Part shown: piece by piece, positions 1 to 10,013 of the stretch
Position numbering within the stretch: the first letter of the stretch is position 1
Layout of the letters: every line of letters starts with the position of its first letter
The notes under the pieces: model-generated
What the model was told of the DNA's origin: nothing
Database searches by the model: none
Seen by the model: only the letters and a program-made list of their open reading frames with translations
Translations under genes and position numbers: made by a program
NCBI GenBank assembly: GCA_028696995.1
Contig: JAQVFY010000002.1
Location: forward strand, 2,647-66,646
Length of the DNA: 64,000 bases
From: Patescibacteria group bacterium
GTDB lineage: Bacteria; Patescibacteriota; Patescibacteriia; Patescibacteriales; UBA12465
Direction of reading: 5' to 3'

Positions 1-471
1 CCATTTTTCTTGAGAATGATAAACTTCACCCAACTCCCAGAAAGCTAAAAAATTTTTATCATCAAGACTAATAACCTCAATTAATTTCTTTTCAGCTTCT
101 AAATAATCACCAGATTTAACAAACTCTTGAGCTGAAGATAATAGAATCTTAATTTTTTCCTCTAAACCAACCGAGGATAAGATTTTTTTATCATCCTTAT
201 CTTTTTGTTTTTGTTTTACTTGACTCAATCTCAACCAAAAAGAACTAGAAATTTTATTAAAAAAATCTAAAATATTATTAAAAAATTTATCTAAAAAAGA
301 AAACTTTCTTTTAATTCTTTCTTTTATTATTTTTTCCTTAATTTTATTCTCTTTCTCCTCGGGAATATTATCAACATCCAAAACCGCCAAAGCCGGAAAA
401 TGACGAAAAATTATAAAAATTATTATCAAAAAAGAAATAGATATAATTATAAGTGGCCAGATATTATACAT
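1..471 (-). CDS. Partial CDS (first 157 codons, continues beyond window start): membrane-anchored TPR-like repeat protein
   Basis: Absent from the track because there is no stop in the window. My minus-strand translation from ATG 471 reads MYNIWPLIIIISISFLIIIFIIFRHF (hydrophobic helix), then SAQEFVKSGDYLEAEKKLIEVISLDDKNFLAFWELGEVYHSQEKW (TPR-like). The frame is open to base 1. The ATG overlaps the tpiA stop. Confidence 0.5.
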   Translation of the reverse strand, partial: MYNIWPLIIISISFLIIIFIIFRHFPALAVLDVDNIPEEKENKIKEKIIKERIKRKFSFLDKFFNNILDFFNKISSSFWLRLSQVKQKQKDKDDKKILSSVGLEEKIKILLSSAQEFVKSGDYLEAEKKLIEVISLDDKNFLAFWELGEVYHSQEKW

Positions 472-1237
472 AGAAAAAATTATTAGCTATTTTCAAAAAA
501 TCTTTAGCCCTCAAACTGCTACTACCAATTAATAAACCAGAAATATCCTCAGAACCTTTAAATTTTTTAAAATTATTAACATTAACACTACCTCCATAAA
601 TAACCCCAAATTCTCGAGGCAAATTATTTTTAAACATGGCGACAATCATTTCTTTAATTTTTTTATGAACCACAATAGCTTCCTTGGCTGAAATATTTTT
701 TCCAGTACCAATAGCCCAAATCGGCTCATAAGCAATAATAATCTTCTTACCGGACAAACTCTTTATTTTAGAGAAGGCCTCTTGCAATTGTTTTTTAATA
801 ACTGCAACAGTTTGACCATTCTTTCTTTGCTTTAAATTTTCTCCCACACATAAAATCGGAATAAGTTTGCTATTTTTAATAATATTTTCCATTTTTAAGG
901 CCATAATTTTATCTTCAGAAAAATATTGTCGCCTTTCACTATGGCCAACTAAAATATATTTACAGCCTAATTTCTCTAAATTTTCTAAAGAAACTTCCCC
1001 AGTATAAGGACCAGAGGAAAAGGGAGAAGTATCTTGAGCTCCATAAAAAATATTTTTATTTTTATTCTTTAAAGATAGCTCCGCTAAAGGTAAAAAATCT
1101 GGTAATAACACAACATCGTTCTTAATGCCTTTTTGAGATCGACCTAGATTTATTTTTTTAGCCAAAGACAAAGATGATTTATAATCTAAATTCATCTTCC
1201 AATTACCAATAATTATAGGACGGATAAAATTTTTCAT
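464..1237 (-). CDS. tpiA: Triosephosphate isomerase
   Basis: Track ORF 464..1315 trimmed to the internal ATG at 1237 (MKNFIRPIIIGNWKMN). TIM motifs present: IIGNWKMN, VGHSERR, AYEPIWAIGTG. Confidence 0.9.
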   Translation of the reverse strand: MKNFIRPIIIGNWKMNLDYKSSLSLAKKINLGRSQKGIKNDVVLLPDFLPLAELSLKNKNKNIFYGAQDTSPFSSGPYTGEVSLENLEKLGCKYILVGHSERRQYFSEDKIMALKMENIIKNSKLIPILCVGENLKQRKNGQTVAVIKKQLQEAFSKIKSLSGKKIIIAYEPIWAIGTGKNISAKEAIVVHKKIKEMIVAMFKNNLPREFGVIYGGSVNVNNFKKFKGSEDISGLLIGSSSLRAKDFLKIANNFFYV

Positions 1238-1241
1238 AATA

Positions 1242-2174
1242 TTATTTATTATTTTTAGACCAATTAATAGTTTTTTTAATTCCTTGATTAAAATCAATTT
1301 GTGGTTTCCAGCCAATAGCGTCTTGAACTCGAGAAAAATCCAAACAACTACGACGCTCTTCTCCCATTTTAGGCTCCAAATATTCCACTTCTACTTTTTG
1401 ATCTAAAGCATTTTCAATAGCCAAAATTATATCCAATAAATTTTTTTCTACTCCAGTACCAATATTAAATTCACCAATAACTCCATCAGTCATAGCTGAA
1501 ATAAAAGCATTAACAACATCATCAACATAAATATAATCCCTGGTTTGAAAACCATCTCCATAAATATAACTTTTTTTACCATTAACAGCATTATCAACAA
1601 AAATAGAAATTACACCAGCCTCTCCCCCTTTATACTGTCGCGGACCATAAACATTAGCTAAACGCAGAGCCACATATTCTTGTCCTAAAACTCGATAATA
1701 ATAATTTAAATACTTCTCAAAACTTAATTTATTTATTCCATAAGGAGAAACGGGATAAGGAGGATAGGTTTCAGGGGTAGGAATTTCCTTAGGAAAACCG
1801 TAAATTGCTCCGCCAGAAGAGGCAAACATTATTTTTTTAACTTTATACTTTTGGCAATTAGATAAAATATTTAAACCACCTAAAATATTAACTTGATTAT
1901 CAAAAATCGGATCTTCCACTGATTTTCTAACATCAATTTGGGCGGCTAAATGATAGACATAATCAAATTTTTCCTCAGCGAAAATAGTAGAAACTTCTGG
2001 ACTAAAAATGTCTAATTGATAAAAAGTGGCCGATTGATTTAAATATTCTTTTTTCCCACTAAACAAACTATCAATAACCACAACCTGATGACCTAATTCT
2101 ACTAATTTATCAACTAAATTAGAGCCAATGAAACCAGCCCCTCCACTTACCAAAATCTTAGACATATAAAACAT
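1242..2174 (-). CDS. NAD-dependent sugar epimerase/dehydratase (UDP-glucose 4-epimerase family)
   Basis: GGAGFIGSNLV Rossmann motif and YGINK (YxxxK) in a 310-aa protein. An alternative ATG at 2165 gives MSKILVSGG. Substrate cannot be called from sequence. Confidence 0.85.
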   Translation of the reverse strand: MFYMSKILVSGGAGFIGSNLVDKLVELGHQVVVIDSLFSGKKEYLNQSATFYQLDIFSPEVSTIFAEEKFDYVYHLAAQIDVRKSVEDPIFDNQVNILGGLNILSNCQKYKVKKIMFASSGGAIYGFPKEIPTPETYPPYPVSPYGINKLSFEKYLNYYYRVLGQEYVALRLANVYGPRQYKGGEAGVISIFVDNAVNGKKSYIYGDGFQTRDYIYVDDVVNAFISAMTDGVIGEFNIGTGVEKNLLDIILAIENALDQKVEVEYLEPKMGEERRSCLDFSRVQDAIGWKPQIDFNQGIKKTINWSKNNK

Positions 2175-2237
2175 TTTAATTAATTATAATCAAATTATAG
2201 TATAATTATCAATTAGAGTAAAGAACGAGGGAAGGCT

Positions 2238-2266
2238 TTGACTTGAAGCTATCTTTTTGTTATAAT
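2238..2266 (+). promoter_or_regulatory. Sigma70-type promoter upstream of gyrB
   Basis: TTGACT (2238-2243), 17-nt spacer, TATAAT (2261-2266), 58 nt upstream of the gyrB ATG. Confidence 0.5.
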
Positions 2267-2323
2267 ATTTATAGATAGAGAGACCCAAAACTATCATTTT
2301 TTATTTAATATAAAAATATAAAT

Positions 2324-4345
2324 ATGACTGAAAAAAAGAATAAAAAAAGCGAATATGGCGCAGATTCAATTACCGTCCTAGAAGGACTTGATCCGGTCAG
2401 AAAGAGACCCGGAATGTATATTGGCTCTACTTCATCAACCGGATTACATCATCTAATTTGGGAAGTAGCTGACAATAGTATTGACGAAGCTATGGCTGGA
2501 TATGCTGATGAAATTAGCGTTACTCTATTAAATAATGGAATGGTTAAAGTCGAAGACAATGGCAGAGGAATTCCTGTAGAAAAACATAAGGTTACTGGAC
2601 TATCAGCTCTAGAAACTGTTTTAACTAAATTACATGCTGGAGGAAAATTTGGTGGCGGAGGATACAAAGTTTCCGGAGGTTTACATGGAGTCGGAGTTTC
2701 TGTAGTTAACGCTTTAAGTGAGTATTTAAGAGCTGAAGTTCATAGAGATGGAAAAGTCTGGATGCAAGAATATAAAATTGGTAAACCGCAAAAAAATATC
2801 AAACAAATTGGAACAACTAAAAAAACTGGAACAATTATTATTTTTAAACCCGATACTACCATTTTCACAGAAACTGAATTCAATTGGGGCAAAATTTTAG
2901 ATCGTTTACGCCAACAAGCTTACCTAACTAAAGGTATTACTATTAATGTTATTGATGAAAGAAAAGACCATTCTCCTAAAAAATATCGTTTTTATTTTGA
3001 GGGCGGAATAAAATCATACGTCAAATCAATGCATCGACAAAAAAATGTCAAACATGACACTGTTTTTTATGTTGAAAAAGAGATTGAAAATTGCAAAATA
3101 GAGGTAGCCCTACAATACAACGATGAATACAACGAAATATCACTACCTTTTGCTAATAATATTTATAATGTTGATGGTGGAACTCACTTAATTGGTTTCA
3201 AAACTGCTCTAACAAGAACTCTAAACTCCTACGCCCGAAACAAAAATATTTTAAAAGAAAAAGACGAAAACCTAACTGGAGACGATGTTCGCGAAGGATT
3301 AACTGCTATCATTAGTGTCAAACTTCCCAATCCCCAATTTGAAGGACAAACCAAGGGGAAGCTAGGAAACGCTGAAATAAAAACCTATGTTGAACAAATT
3401 TTTGGCGAAGCCTTCAGCACCTTTCTAGAAGAAAATCCCAAAGAAGCAGAAAGTATTATAGGAAAATGTTTTCTATCAGCTCAAGCTCGCTTAGCAGCTC
3501 GCACTGCTAGAGCAAGCATCCTGAGAAAAGGAGCTTTGGAAGGCATGACTTTACCAGGAAAACTAGCCGACTGCTCCAGTAATAAAGCCGAACAATGTGA
3601 ATTATATATTGTAGAGGGAGACTCTGCTGGAGGTAGCGCTAAACAAGGACGAGACCGACGCTTTCAGGCAATTTTACCCCTAAGAGGAAAAATATTAAAT
3701 GTAGAAAGAGCTCGCCTCGACAAAATGCTATCCAATAATGAAATAAAAAACTTAGTTATTGCTATGGGAACAAATATCGGTGAACAACTTGATATGGAAA
3801 AACTTCGTTATCATCGTATTATTATTATGACCGATGCTGATGTAGATGGATCTCATATCAGAACCCTACTATTAACCCTATTTTTTAGATATTTCAATCC
3901 CTTAATAACTAACGGCTATATTTATATTGCCCAACCACCACTTTATCAAATCAAAAAAGGAAACAACGCTAAATACGCCTATACCGAAGAAGAAAAATTA
4001 AACATCATCAAGGAATTTGGCGGAGACACCGAAGAAGCTGAAATCACTCAAGATCCAACAGCCGAAGAAATAGAAAATCAAGAAGAAGACGAAAAAAACG
4101 ACAAGAAAAAAGACAAAAAACCAAACAAATTATTTATTCAACGCTACAAAGGTTTAGGAGAAATGAATCCTCAACAACTTTGGGAAACAACTATGGACCC
4201 AGCTACTCGCATCGTTAAACAAGTAACCATAGAAGATGCTGCTTATGCTGACAAAATTTTTGATATGTTAATGGGAGATGATGTTTCTAAAAGAAAACAT
4301 TTTATCCAAACTCACGCTAAAAATGTTTCTAATTTAGATATTTAA
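2324..4345 (+). CDS. gyrB: DNA gyrase subunit B
   Basis: GHKL motifs (EVADNSIDEA, DNGRGIP), TOPRIM (YIVEGDSAGGSAKQGRDR, IMTDADVDGSHI) and QRYKGLGEMNP. An acidic/lysine-rich insert of about 40 aa precedes QRYKGLGEM. Confidence 0.95.
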   Translation: MTEKKNKKSEYGADSITVLEGLDPVRKRPGMYIGSTSSTGLHHLIWEVADNSIDEAMAGYADEISVTLLNNGMVKVEDNGRGIPVEKHKVTGLSALETVLTKLHAGGKFGGGGYKVSGGLHGVGVSVVNALSEYLRAEVHRDGKVWMQEYKIGKPQKNIKQIGTTKKTGTIIIFKPDTTIFTETEFNWGKILDRLRQQAYLTKGITINVIDERKDHSPKKYRFYFEGGIKSYVKSMHRQKNVKHDTVFYVEKEIENCKIEVALQYNDEYNEISLPFANNIYNVDGGTHLIGFKTALTRTLNSYARNKNILKEKDENLTGDDVREGLTAIISVKLPNPQFEGQTKGKLGNAEIKTYVEQIFGEAFSTFLEENPKEAESIIGKCFLSAQARLAARTARASILRKGALEGMTLPGKLADCSSNKAEQCELYIVEGDSAGGSAKQGRDRRFQAILPLRGKILNVERARLDKMLSNNEIKNLVIAMGTNIGEQLDMEKLRYHRIIIMTDADVDGSHIRTLLLTLFFRYFNPLITNGYIYIAQPPLYQIKKGNNAKYAYTEEEKLNIIKEFGGDTEEAEITQDPTAEEIENQEEDEKNDKKKDKKPNKLFIQRYKGLGEMNPQQLWETTMDPATRIVKQVTIEDAAYADKIFDMLMGDDVSKRKHFIQTHAKNVSNLDI

Positions 4346-4349
4346 AAAT

Positions 4350-4793
4350 ATGAATTTATATTTAATAATTTTAACTCCTTTTATTTCTGCTACTATTGCT
4401 CAAATAATAAAAATTTTTCTAGGACAGAGAAATAAAATGAAAATCAAAGATTTTTTCAAAATGACTTATGCTGGAATGCCCTCTGGTCATAGCGCTTTTG
4501 TTGCCTCTCTAGCAACGATAATCGGACTAACAGAAGGATTTAACTCTTCTTTGTTTGCTCTAACCGTAGCCTTCGCCGTTATCGTTATAAATGACGCCCT
4601 GAAACTTCGTCGATATTTAGGCCAACAAGGAGCCATCCTAAATATCTTAATAAAAGACCTAAAAGAAGATCAATTTTTAGATGAAAAATACCCCATCCTC
4701 AAAGAAAGAATCGGGCATACCAAAATAGAAGTTTTAGCTGGAATACTTTTGGGAATTATAATTGGAATAATTATTTTTTTATTAAATAATTAA
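4350..4793 (+). CDS. Divergent PAP2 / acid phosphatase-vanadium haloperoxidase-related membrane protein (DUF212-like)
   Basis: YAGMPSGHSAFVASLAT motif in a small multi-helix membrane protein, 4 nt after the gyrB stop. Confidence 0.65.
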   Translation: MNLYLIILTPFISATIAQIIKIFLGQRNKMKIKDFFKMTYAGMPSGHSAFVASLATIIGLTEGFNSSLFALTVAFAVIVINDALKLRRYLGQQGAILNILIKDLKEDQFLDEKYPILKERIGHTKIEVLAGILLGIIIGIIIFLLNN

Positions 4794-5651
4794 AGATTTT
4801 CCCTCCATTTCTATCGGAATATTTAAATTTAAAATATTTAAAATAGTCGGAGCAACATCCAAATAAGTCCCTGCTGGCGACAACAAACTTAAATCATTAT
4901 TAGGAGCCTCCCCTGAACCAATAACTCGACCCTGATATTTATTACCAATAATCATAAAAGGTACTGGATTAGTACTTCTTTTTTTATTGGCTATACCGGT
5001 TCCCAAATTATAAACATCTTCCGCTCCCCCATAAACTCCTGAAATTATTAAAGTTCCGTCAACACTTAAAACAGTCCGAGCTATTTTATCTAAATTATAA
5101 GAAGTCTCTTCAACTGCCAAAACTGTAGCTGAAAAATCTCCTTGTAAAAATTCACGAGAAATATCAGACAAGGAAGAAAAGATAAAATTATAACGATCAG
5201 ATTTTATATTCTTTATTAATTCATCCACCAAACTACCTTTATTAAAAAAAGACCAAATACCAGAAGAACGCTTATCGCAAACAACCCAGCTCTCATTCAG
5301 AAAACGCTCTGAAGAATTATTAAAAAAAACAGAGAGTAATGGCAAGTCATAACTACTAGCTATCTTCAACTGTCTTAAATTAGCTCGAGAAATAATTTTA
5401 GATAAGCTCAAATTAGAAACATCTTGGCTAATATTTTTTTTACCCAAACCAAGCAAACGATAAGCTTGACTAAGCTTAAAATCACTATCATTTAAGGGAG
5501 TATTAATGATAGTAGCTGGATAATTGGCTACTAAATTCTTAAATCCTAAAATTTCAGCTTTACGAATAGCGTTGTTTTCGATAAAAGAAGAAACTCCCCA
5601 GCCATCAATGGTTAAAAAAACAACTAACTTATTATTCCTAATCGATCTCAT
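4782..5651 (-). CDS. Half-length homologue of cofactor-independent phosphoglycerate mutase (phosphatase domain only, probably non-canonical)
   Basis: The N-terminus LVVFLTIDGWGVS and C-terminus LDVAPTILNILNLNIPIEMEGKSLI resemble the two ends of iPGM. It is only 289 aa and lies last in the pgk-eno operon. Confidence 0.55.
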   Translation of the reverse strand: MRSIRNNKLVVFLTIDGWGVSSFIENNAIRKAEILGFKNLVANYPATIINTPLNDSDFKLSQAYRLLGLGKKNISQDVSNLSLSKIISRANLRQLKIASSYDLPLLSVFFNNSSERFLNESWVVCDKRSSGIWSFFNKGSLVDELIKNIKSDRYNFIFSSLSDISREFLQGDFSATVLAVEETSYNLDKIARTVLSVDGTLIISGVYGGAEDVYNLGTGIANKKRSTNPVPFMIIGNKYQGRVIGSGEAPNNDLSLLSPAGTYLDVAPTILNILNLNIPIEMEGKSLII

Positions 5652-5656
5652 AAAAA

Positions 5657-6919
5657 TTATTTTAAATTTTCTTCAATTTCTAATAAACGATTATACTTAG
5701 CCAACCTTTCGCCTCGACACAAAGAGCCTGATTTAATAAATTCAGCCGAAACAGCTACCGCTAAATCAGCAATAAAGTCATCACAAGTTTCACCGCTACG
5801 ATGGGAAATCATTAATTTATAATTATTATCTTTAGCTAATTTAATAGTTTCCATAGTTTCACTAATACTACCAACTTGATTAGGTTTAATTAAAATAGTA
5901 TTAGCTACTTTGTTTTTTATTCCCATTTTTAAACGATCTTTGTTGGTCACAAATAAATCATCTCCGATCAACATAATCTTATCCCCTAATTCCTTGGTCA
6001 TAATTTTCCAAGAATCCCAATCATCTTCTGCCAAACCATCTTCAATAAACATAAAATTATATTTATTAACCCAATCATGATATAAAGTAATCAAATCATA
6101 GGCCTTTAGACTAGAATTATCCAAAGAAAAAATATATTCCTTCTTTTTATCATCATATAGCTCCGAAGATCCAACATCAGTTCCCATAAAAACATCTCGC
6201 CCCATCTGATAACCAGCGCGAGAACTAGCTAGACTTATATAATTAATAGCATCAATTGTAGAGTCAACATTAGGGGCATAACCACCTTCATTACCAACAT
6301 CGATATCTAAATTATTCTCTTTCAAAACCTTAGACAATTCATGAAAAATTTCAGACCCCATTCGAAGTTTTTCGGAAAAACTAGAAATATTAATATTAGG
6401 AACCACCATAAATTCTTGAAAATCTAAATTAGTATCAGCATGTTTTCCGCCATTAAAAATATTAAAGGATGGAGTTGGTAATTTAAAATCATTATTTTTA
6501 AAACCAAAAGAACTGGCTAAATATTGATATAATTCTTGATTAGAAGCTAAAGCTCCAGCTCGACAAACAGCCATAGAAACCGCTAATATAGCATTAGCTC
6601 CCAACTTACTCTTATTATCAGTCCCATCTAATTTTATCATTTTTTTATCAATCTTTTCCTGATTAAAAACACTTTCTCCAATTAAAACTTTAGCCAAATG
6701 AACATTAATATTATTTACAGCCTTTAAAACCCCTAAGCCACGATAACGCTTAACATCTCCATCTCTTAATTCATGGGCCTCATGAACTCCAGTAGAAGCC
6801 CCTGAGGGAACGGCTGACTTAGCCCATAAACCATTTTCTAAAAAAACCTTAGCTTCGATTGTTGGATTTCCTCGAGAATCCAAAATCTCCCTCCCTATAA
6901 TTTTCACTATTTTTGACAT
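5657..6919 (-). CDS. eno: Enolase
   Basis: SKIVKIIGREILDSRGNPTIEA, SHRSGETCD and KYNRLLEIEE in a 420-aa protein. Confidence 0.95.
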   Translation of the reverse strand: MSKIVKIIGREILDSRGNPTIEAKVFLENGLWAKSAVPSGASTGVHEAHELRDGDVKRYRGLGVLKAVNNINVHLAKVLIGESVFNQEKIDKKMIKLDGTDNKSKLGANAILAVSMAVCRAGALASNQELYQYLASSFGFKNNDFKLPTPSFNIFNGGKHADTNLDFQEFMVVPNINISSFSEKLRMGSEIFHELSKVLKENNLDIDVGNEGGYAPNVDSTIDAINYISLASSRAGYQMGRDVFMGTDVGSSELYDDKKKEYIFSLDNSSLKAYDLITLYHDWVNKYNFMFIEDGLAEDDWDSWKIMTKELGDKIMLIGDDLFVTNKDRLKMGIKNKVANTILIKPNQVGSISETMETIKLAKDNNYKLMISHRSGETCDDFIADLAVAVSAEFIKSGSLCRGERLAKYNRLLEIEENLK

Positions 6920-6947
6920 ATATTTTTATATTAATTTTAAAAAATAA

Positions 6948-8117
6948 TTAATTTATTCCTGGCATTTTTTCTCCGGCTAAATAAGATAACATTGCTCCAC
7001 CACCAGTAGAAACAAAATCCATATATTGACTCATGCCTGACGAGTTAAGGGCCTCCACAGTTTCTCCTCCTCCGCAAACACCAAAAGCTCTGCCACTGGC
7101 ACGAGAAGCTATTTCCCTAGCAATAATTACAGTTCCCTTCTTAAATTTTTCATCCTCAAACATTCCCAGAGGACCATTCCAAACAATAGTTTGCGCCTTT
7201 TTAATATACTGAGAAAATAATAAAATAGTTTCAGGACCAATATCTAAAATACGATCATTATCAGAAATTTCAGCTATCTTTTTAATACTAATAATTGGTT
7301 TTGCAAGAGAAGATTCATCTCGGACCACTACATCTACTGGTAATATTATTTTTTTTGAATTTAAAAATCTTTTTACCAACTTAATTCCATCTTTATCAAC
7401 CAAAGATTTGCCAATATTGAAACCCTGAGCCAAATAAAAATCATTGATCAAAGCTCCTCCTAATAATATATAAGAAGCTTTAGAATATAATTTCTTAATA
7501 ATAGGAATTTTAGTAGAAATTTTAGCTCCACCCATTACTACGACAGAAGGACGTTTAGGATGTAATATTTTATTTAAATTTAAAATTTCTTTCTCCAATA
7601 AAAGACCCATGAAAGATGGCATATTACTGCGAATAGCTGAAATTGAAGAATTCGCTCGGTGAGAAACAGCAAAAGCATCATTAACATAAACATCAGCTAA
7701 AGAGGCCAAAGATTTAGCCAGGCGCTTGCAATTTCTCTCTTCTCCATTATAAAAACGAAGATTATCTAGTAAAAAAATATCTCCACCAGATAAAATCTTT
7801 TTTCTAATTTCACTAAATTTTGAAAATTCTCGATAATCAAAAAAAATAACTTTTTTGTCTAAAATTTTTTCTAAATATTTAGCCACCAGAGCTAAAGAAT
7901 ATTTAGACTCAAAACCATTCTTAGGTTGACCCAAATGACTAGCTAAAACTAGTCGACATTTATTTTTCAATAAGAAATTAATTGTTTCTAAGCTTTGGCG
8001 AATTTTAAAATCTTCCTTGAGCTTTCCTGAACTTAAAACAACATTAAAATCTACCCGTAAAAAAACGGTTTTATCAACTACTTGCCGGTAATTTTTTCGT
8101 AAATTCTTTAATTTCAT
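6948..8117 (-). CDS. pgk: Phosphoglycerate kinase
   Basis: VFLRVDFNV N-terminal motif, GGAKISTKI, and STGGGAMLSYL near the C-terminus, in a 389-aa protein. Confidence 0.95.
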   Translation of the reverse strand: MKLKNLRKNYRQVVDKTVFLRVDFNVVLSSGKLKEDFKIRQSLETINFLLKNKCRLVLASHLGQPKNGFESKYSLALVAKYLEKILDKKVIFFDYREFSKFSEIRKKILSGGDIFLLDNLRFYNGEERNCKRLAKSLASLADVYVNDAFAVSHRANSSISAIRSNMPSFMGLLLEKEILNLNKILHPKRPSVVVMGGAKISTKIPIIKKLYSKASYILLGGALINDFYLAQGFNIGKSLVDKDGIKLVKRFLNSKKIILPVDVVVRDESSLAKPIISIKKIAEISDNDRILDIGPETILLFSQYIKKAQTIVWNGPLGMFEDEKFKKGTVIIAREIASRASGRAFGVCGGGETVEALNSSGMSQYMDFVSTGGGAMLSYLAGEKMPGIN

Positions 8118-8119
8118 AA

Positions 8120-9256
8120 TTATTTCAAATCAATTTTAAAATCTATTAACTCTCCTGAACGTAAAACGGAAACTACTAAGCGCTCTCCAACAACAAAATT
8201 GTTTAAAACATCGTTTAAATTACTGAAATTATCTATTTCATAATTATTTATTTTAACAATTACATCTCCAGCCTCAATTCCCGCTAAATCGGCTAAACCA
8301 TCCTTAACCAAGGCTGGTAAATTATTATTATTAATCCAAGCTCCATAAGCTGGTAAATTTTTCCCAGCAATTTCTCGAAGATCAACATAATAAACACCGA
8401 ACTTAAAAGATTCAACCTTTTTATTCTTCAAAAAACTATAAATTCGAGAACGAAAATCATGAACGGGCAATATATTTAAATTGTTATCAACCAAAGCCAA
8501 AAGATCACCATTTAAATCAAAGAGAAAATTACTCTTAAAATCAGCGGATAAGGTATTATTTAAAGAAATAACGTTTTGAAAATCATCGGAAAATTTAATT
8601 TTATTATCAGAGTCAATAGATTTTAGAAAATTAACCGAAACCTGACCAGAAAAATTATAAGCTATAATACTCTGACCACTTCTTAAACTAGAAACATTTA
8701 CCAAATTTCTAACTGGGAAATTATTAGAATTTTTTATTTTAATAAACATTAAATCTTGATCAAGAGCCTCAACAACTTCCTCAATTTGATAAATTTTCTT
8801 ATCTTTTTTTGATAATAAAATATAAGCATCTTTTTTCTGAGAAATAATTTTAGCAACATTTTCTCTTCCTAAAACATTTAATAAAACCCAACCATCACTA
8901 CTAATTACTAAACCAGACAAAACCTCTTCACCAACAAAATAATCTGCCCGACTAATTTTATCACTATCTTTAGCTACAGGGAAAACACCTAGAACTACTT
9001 CATCCAGATAATTAACAGTCTCATCTATTTTTAAATCTTGACTAACATAAACCTTACGTGGATCCTGAATAACAAAACCAGCACTACTATACTCAGGGGA
9101 ATCTAAATTAATATCTTGGCCAAAACCCCAAAAACCCACCCCTGATTTAGGGGTAAAATAAGAAGACCACAGAATTCCTCCCAAAACCAAGGACACCAGA
9201 ATGGTTAAAAGCAATAATATTGCCAAATTATAAGTATTCTTTTTCATATTGATCAT
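8120..9256 (-). CDS. Membrane-anchored HtrA-like protein with C-terminal PDZ domain; protease triad not evident
   Basis: N-terminal TM helix and a trypsin-fold-like middle region (SDGWVLLNV, DQDLMFIKI). The PDZ-like end reads GIEAGDVIVKINNYEIDNFSNLNDVL...VSVLRSGELIDFKIDL. No GNSGGPL-type serine motif was found. Confidence 0.55.
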   Translation of the reverse strand: MINMKKNTYNLAILLLLTILVSLVLGGILWSSYFTPKSGVGFWGFGQDINLDSPEYSSAGFVIQDPRKVYVSQDLKIDETVNYLDEVVLGVFPVAKDSDKISRADYFVGEEVLSGLVISSDGWVLLNVLGRENVAKIISQKKDAYILLSKKDKKIYQIEEVVEALDQDLMFIKIKNSNNFPVRNLVNVSSLRSGQSIIAYNFSGQVSVNFLKSIDSDNKIKFSDDFQNVISLNNTLSADFKSNFLFDLNGDLLALVDNNLNILPVHDFRSRIYSFLKNKKVESFKFGVYYVDLREIAGKNLPAYGAWINNNNLPALVKDGLADLAGIEAGDVIVKINNYEIDNFSNLNDVLNNFVVGERLVVSVLRSGELIDFKIDLK

Positions 9257-9257
9257 A

Positions 9258-10013
9258 TTAACGCCATTTTATTGTCGAAAACAAGACAAGGAAAAGGGCT
9301 ATTATAAAAATTAAATTATATTTTATTTTTTTATTAGTTAAACTATTTAATAAACTAAATCTCATAAAACTTAAAGAAAAATAATAAGTTATAGCTAAAA
9401 TTAAGCCTAAAAAATTAAAATTGAAAGGAAAGAAAGACAATGCTCCTGCTATAGGAGAAATAGATAATAAAAATAAAAAAGACAAAAACAAACTTTCTTG
9501 ATAATTTTTATTAATAATAAAAATGTTTTGCCAGATAGCTAAAAGTAAAACTAAAACTATAATCAAAAGAGATACCCAGCTAGCAATATTTAAAAAGTAA
9601 TTTAAGCCATAAGCAAAAGACGAAACTAAAAAAACAGAAAGGAGGCCCAAAACATCAGTCCAAGTAGAAAACCCATCGGTAGAAATAGCACTATTTCTAA
9701 GTAAATAACGACTCCAACCTTTAAAATAATAATAAGATAATAATAAACCTAAAAATAAAAATAAAATGACAATTAACTTACTAGCTAATAAACTAGAATA
9801 AAAAAATAAACTATTTATAAAAACCCAAGGCAAAACAAAATAAGAAAATCTGCCCTGACTATTAATAGTTGTTTTTAATTTATAACCATAAAATAAAAAA
9901 ATTAAATTAAAGGCCAGCAGACACCAATAATAAGAACCTGGTAAATAAAAAGCCACCAGAAAAACTAAAATAAACAAAAAATGAAAAAATAGCGTTATTT
10001 TCTTAATTAACAT
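9258..10013 (-). CDS. Polytopic membrane protein, unknown function
   Basis: 251 aa, almost entirely hydrophobic helices. It lies 2 nt upstream of the HtrA-like gene. No motif recognised. Confidence 0.5.
   Translation of the reverse strand: MLIKKITLFFHFLFILVFLVAFYLPGSYYWCLLAFNLIFLFYGYKLKTTINSQGRFSYFVLPWVFINSLFFYSSLLASKLIVILFLFLGLLLSYYYFKGWSRYLLRNSAISTDGFSTWTDVLGLLSVFLVSSFAYGLNYFLNIASWVSLLIIVLVLLLAIWQNIFIINKNYQESLFLSFLFLLSISPIAGALSFFPFNFNFLGLILAITYYFSLSFMRFSLLNSLTNKKIKYNLIFIIALFLVLFSTIKWR

Noticed and set aside
2175-2323. Replication origin next to gyrB
   Set aside because: I looked by eye for TTATCCACA-type DnaA boxes here and in the 10014-10342 spacer and saw none. No dnaA or dnaN is nearby. 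The observation is not supportable without a computed box scan and GC-skew analysis.
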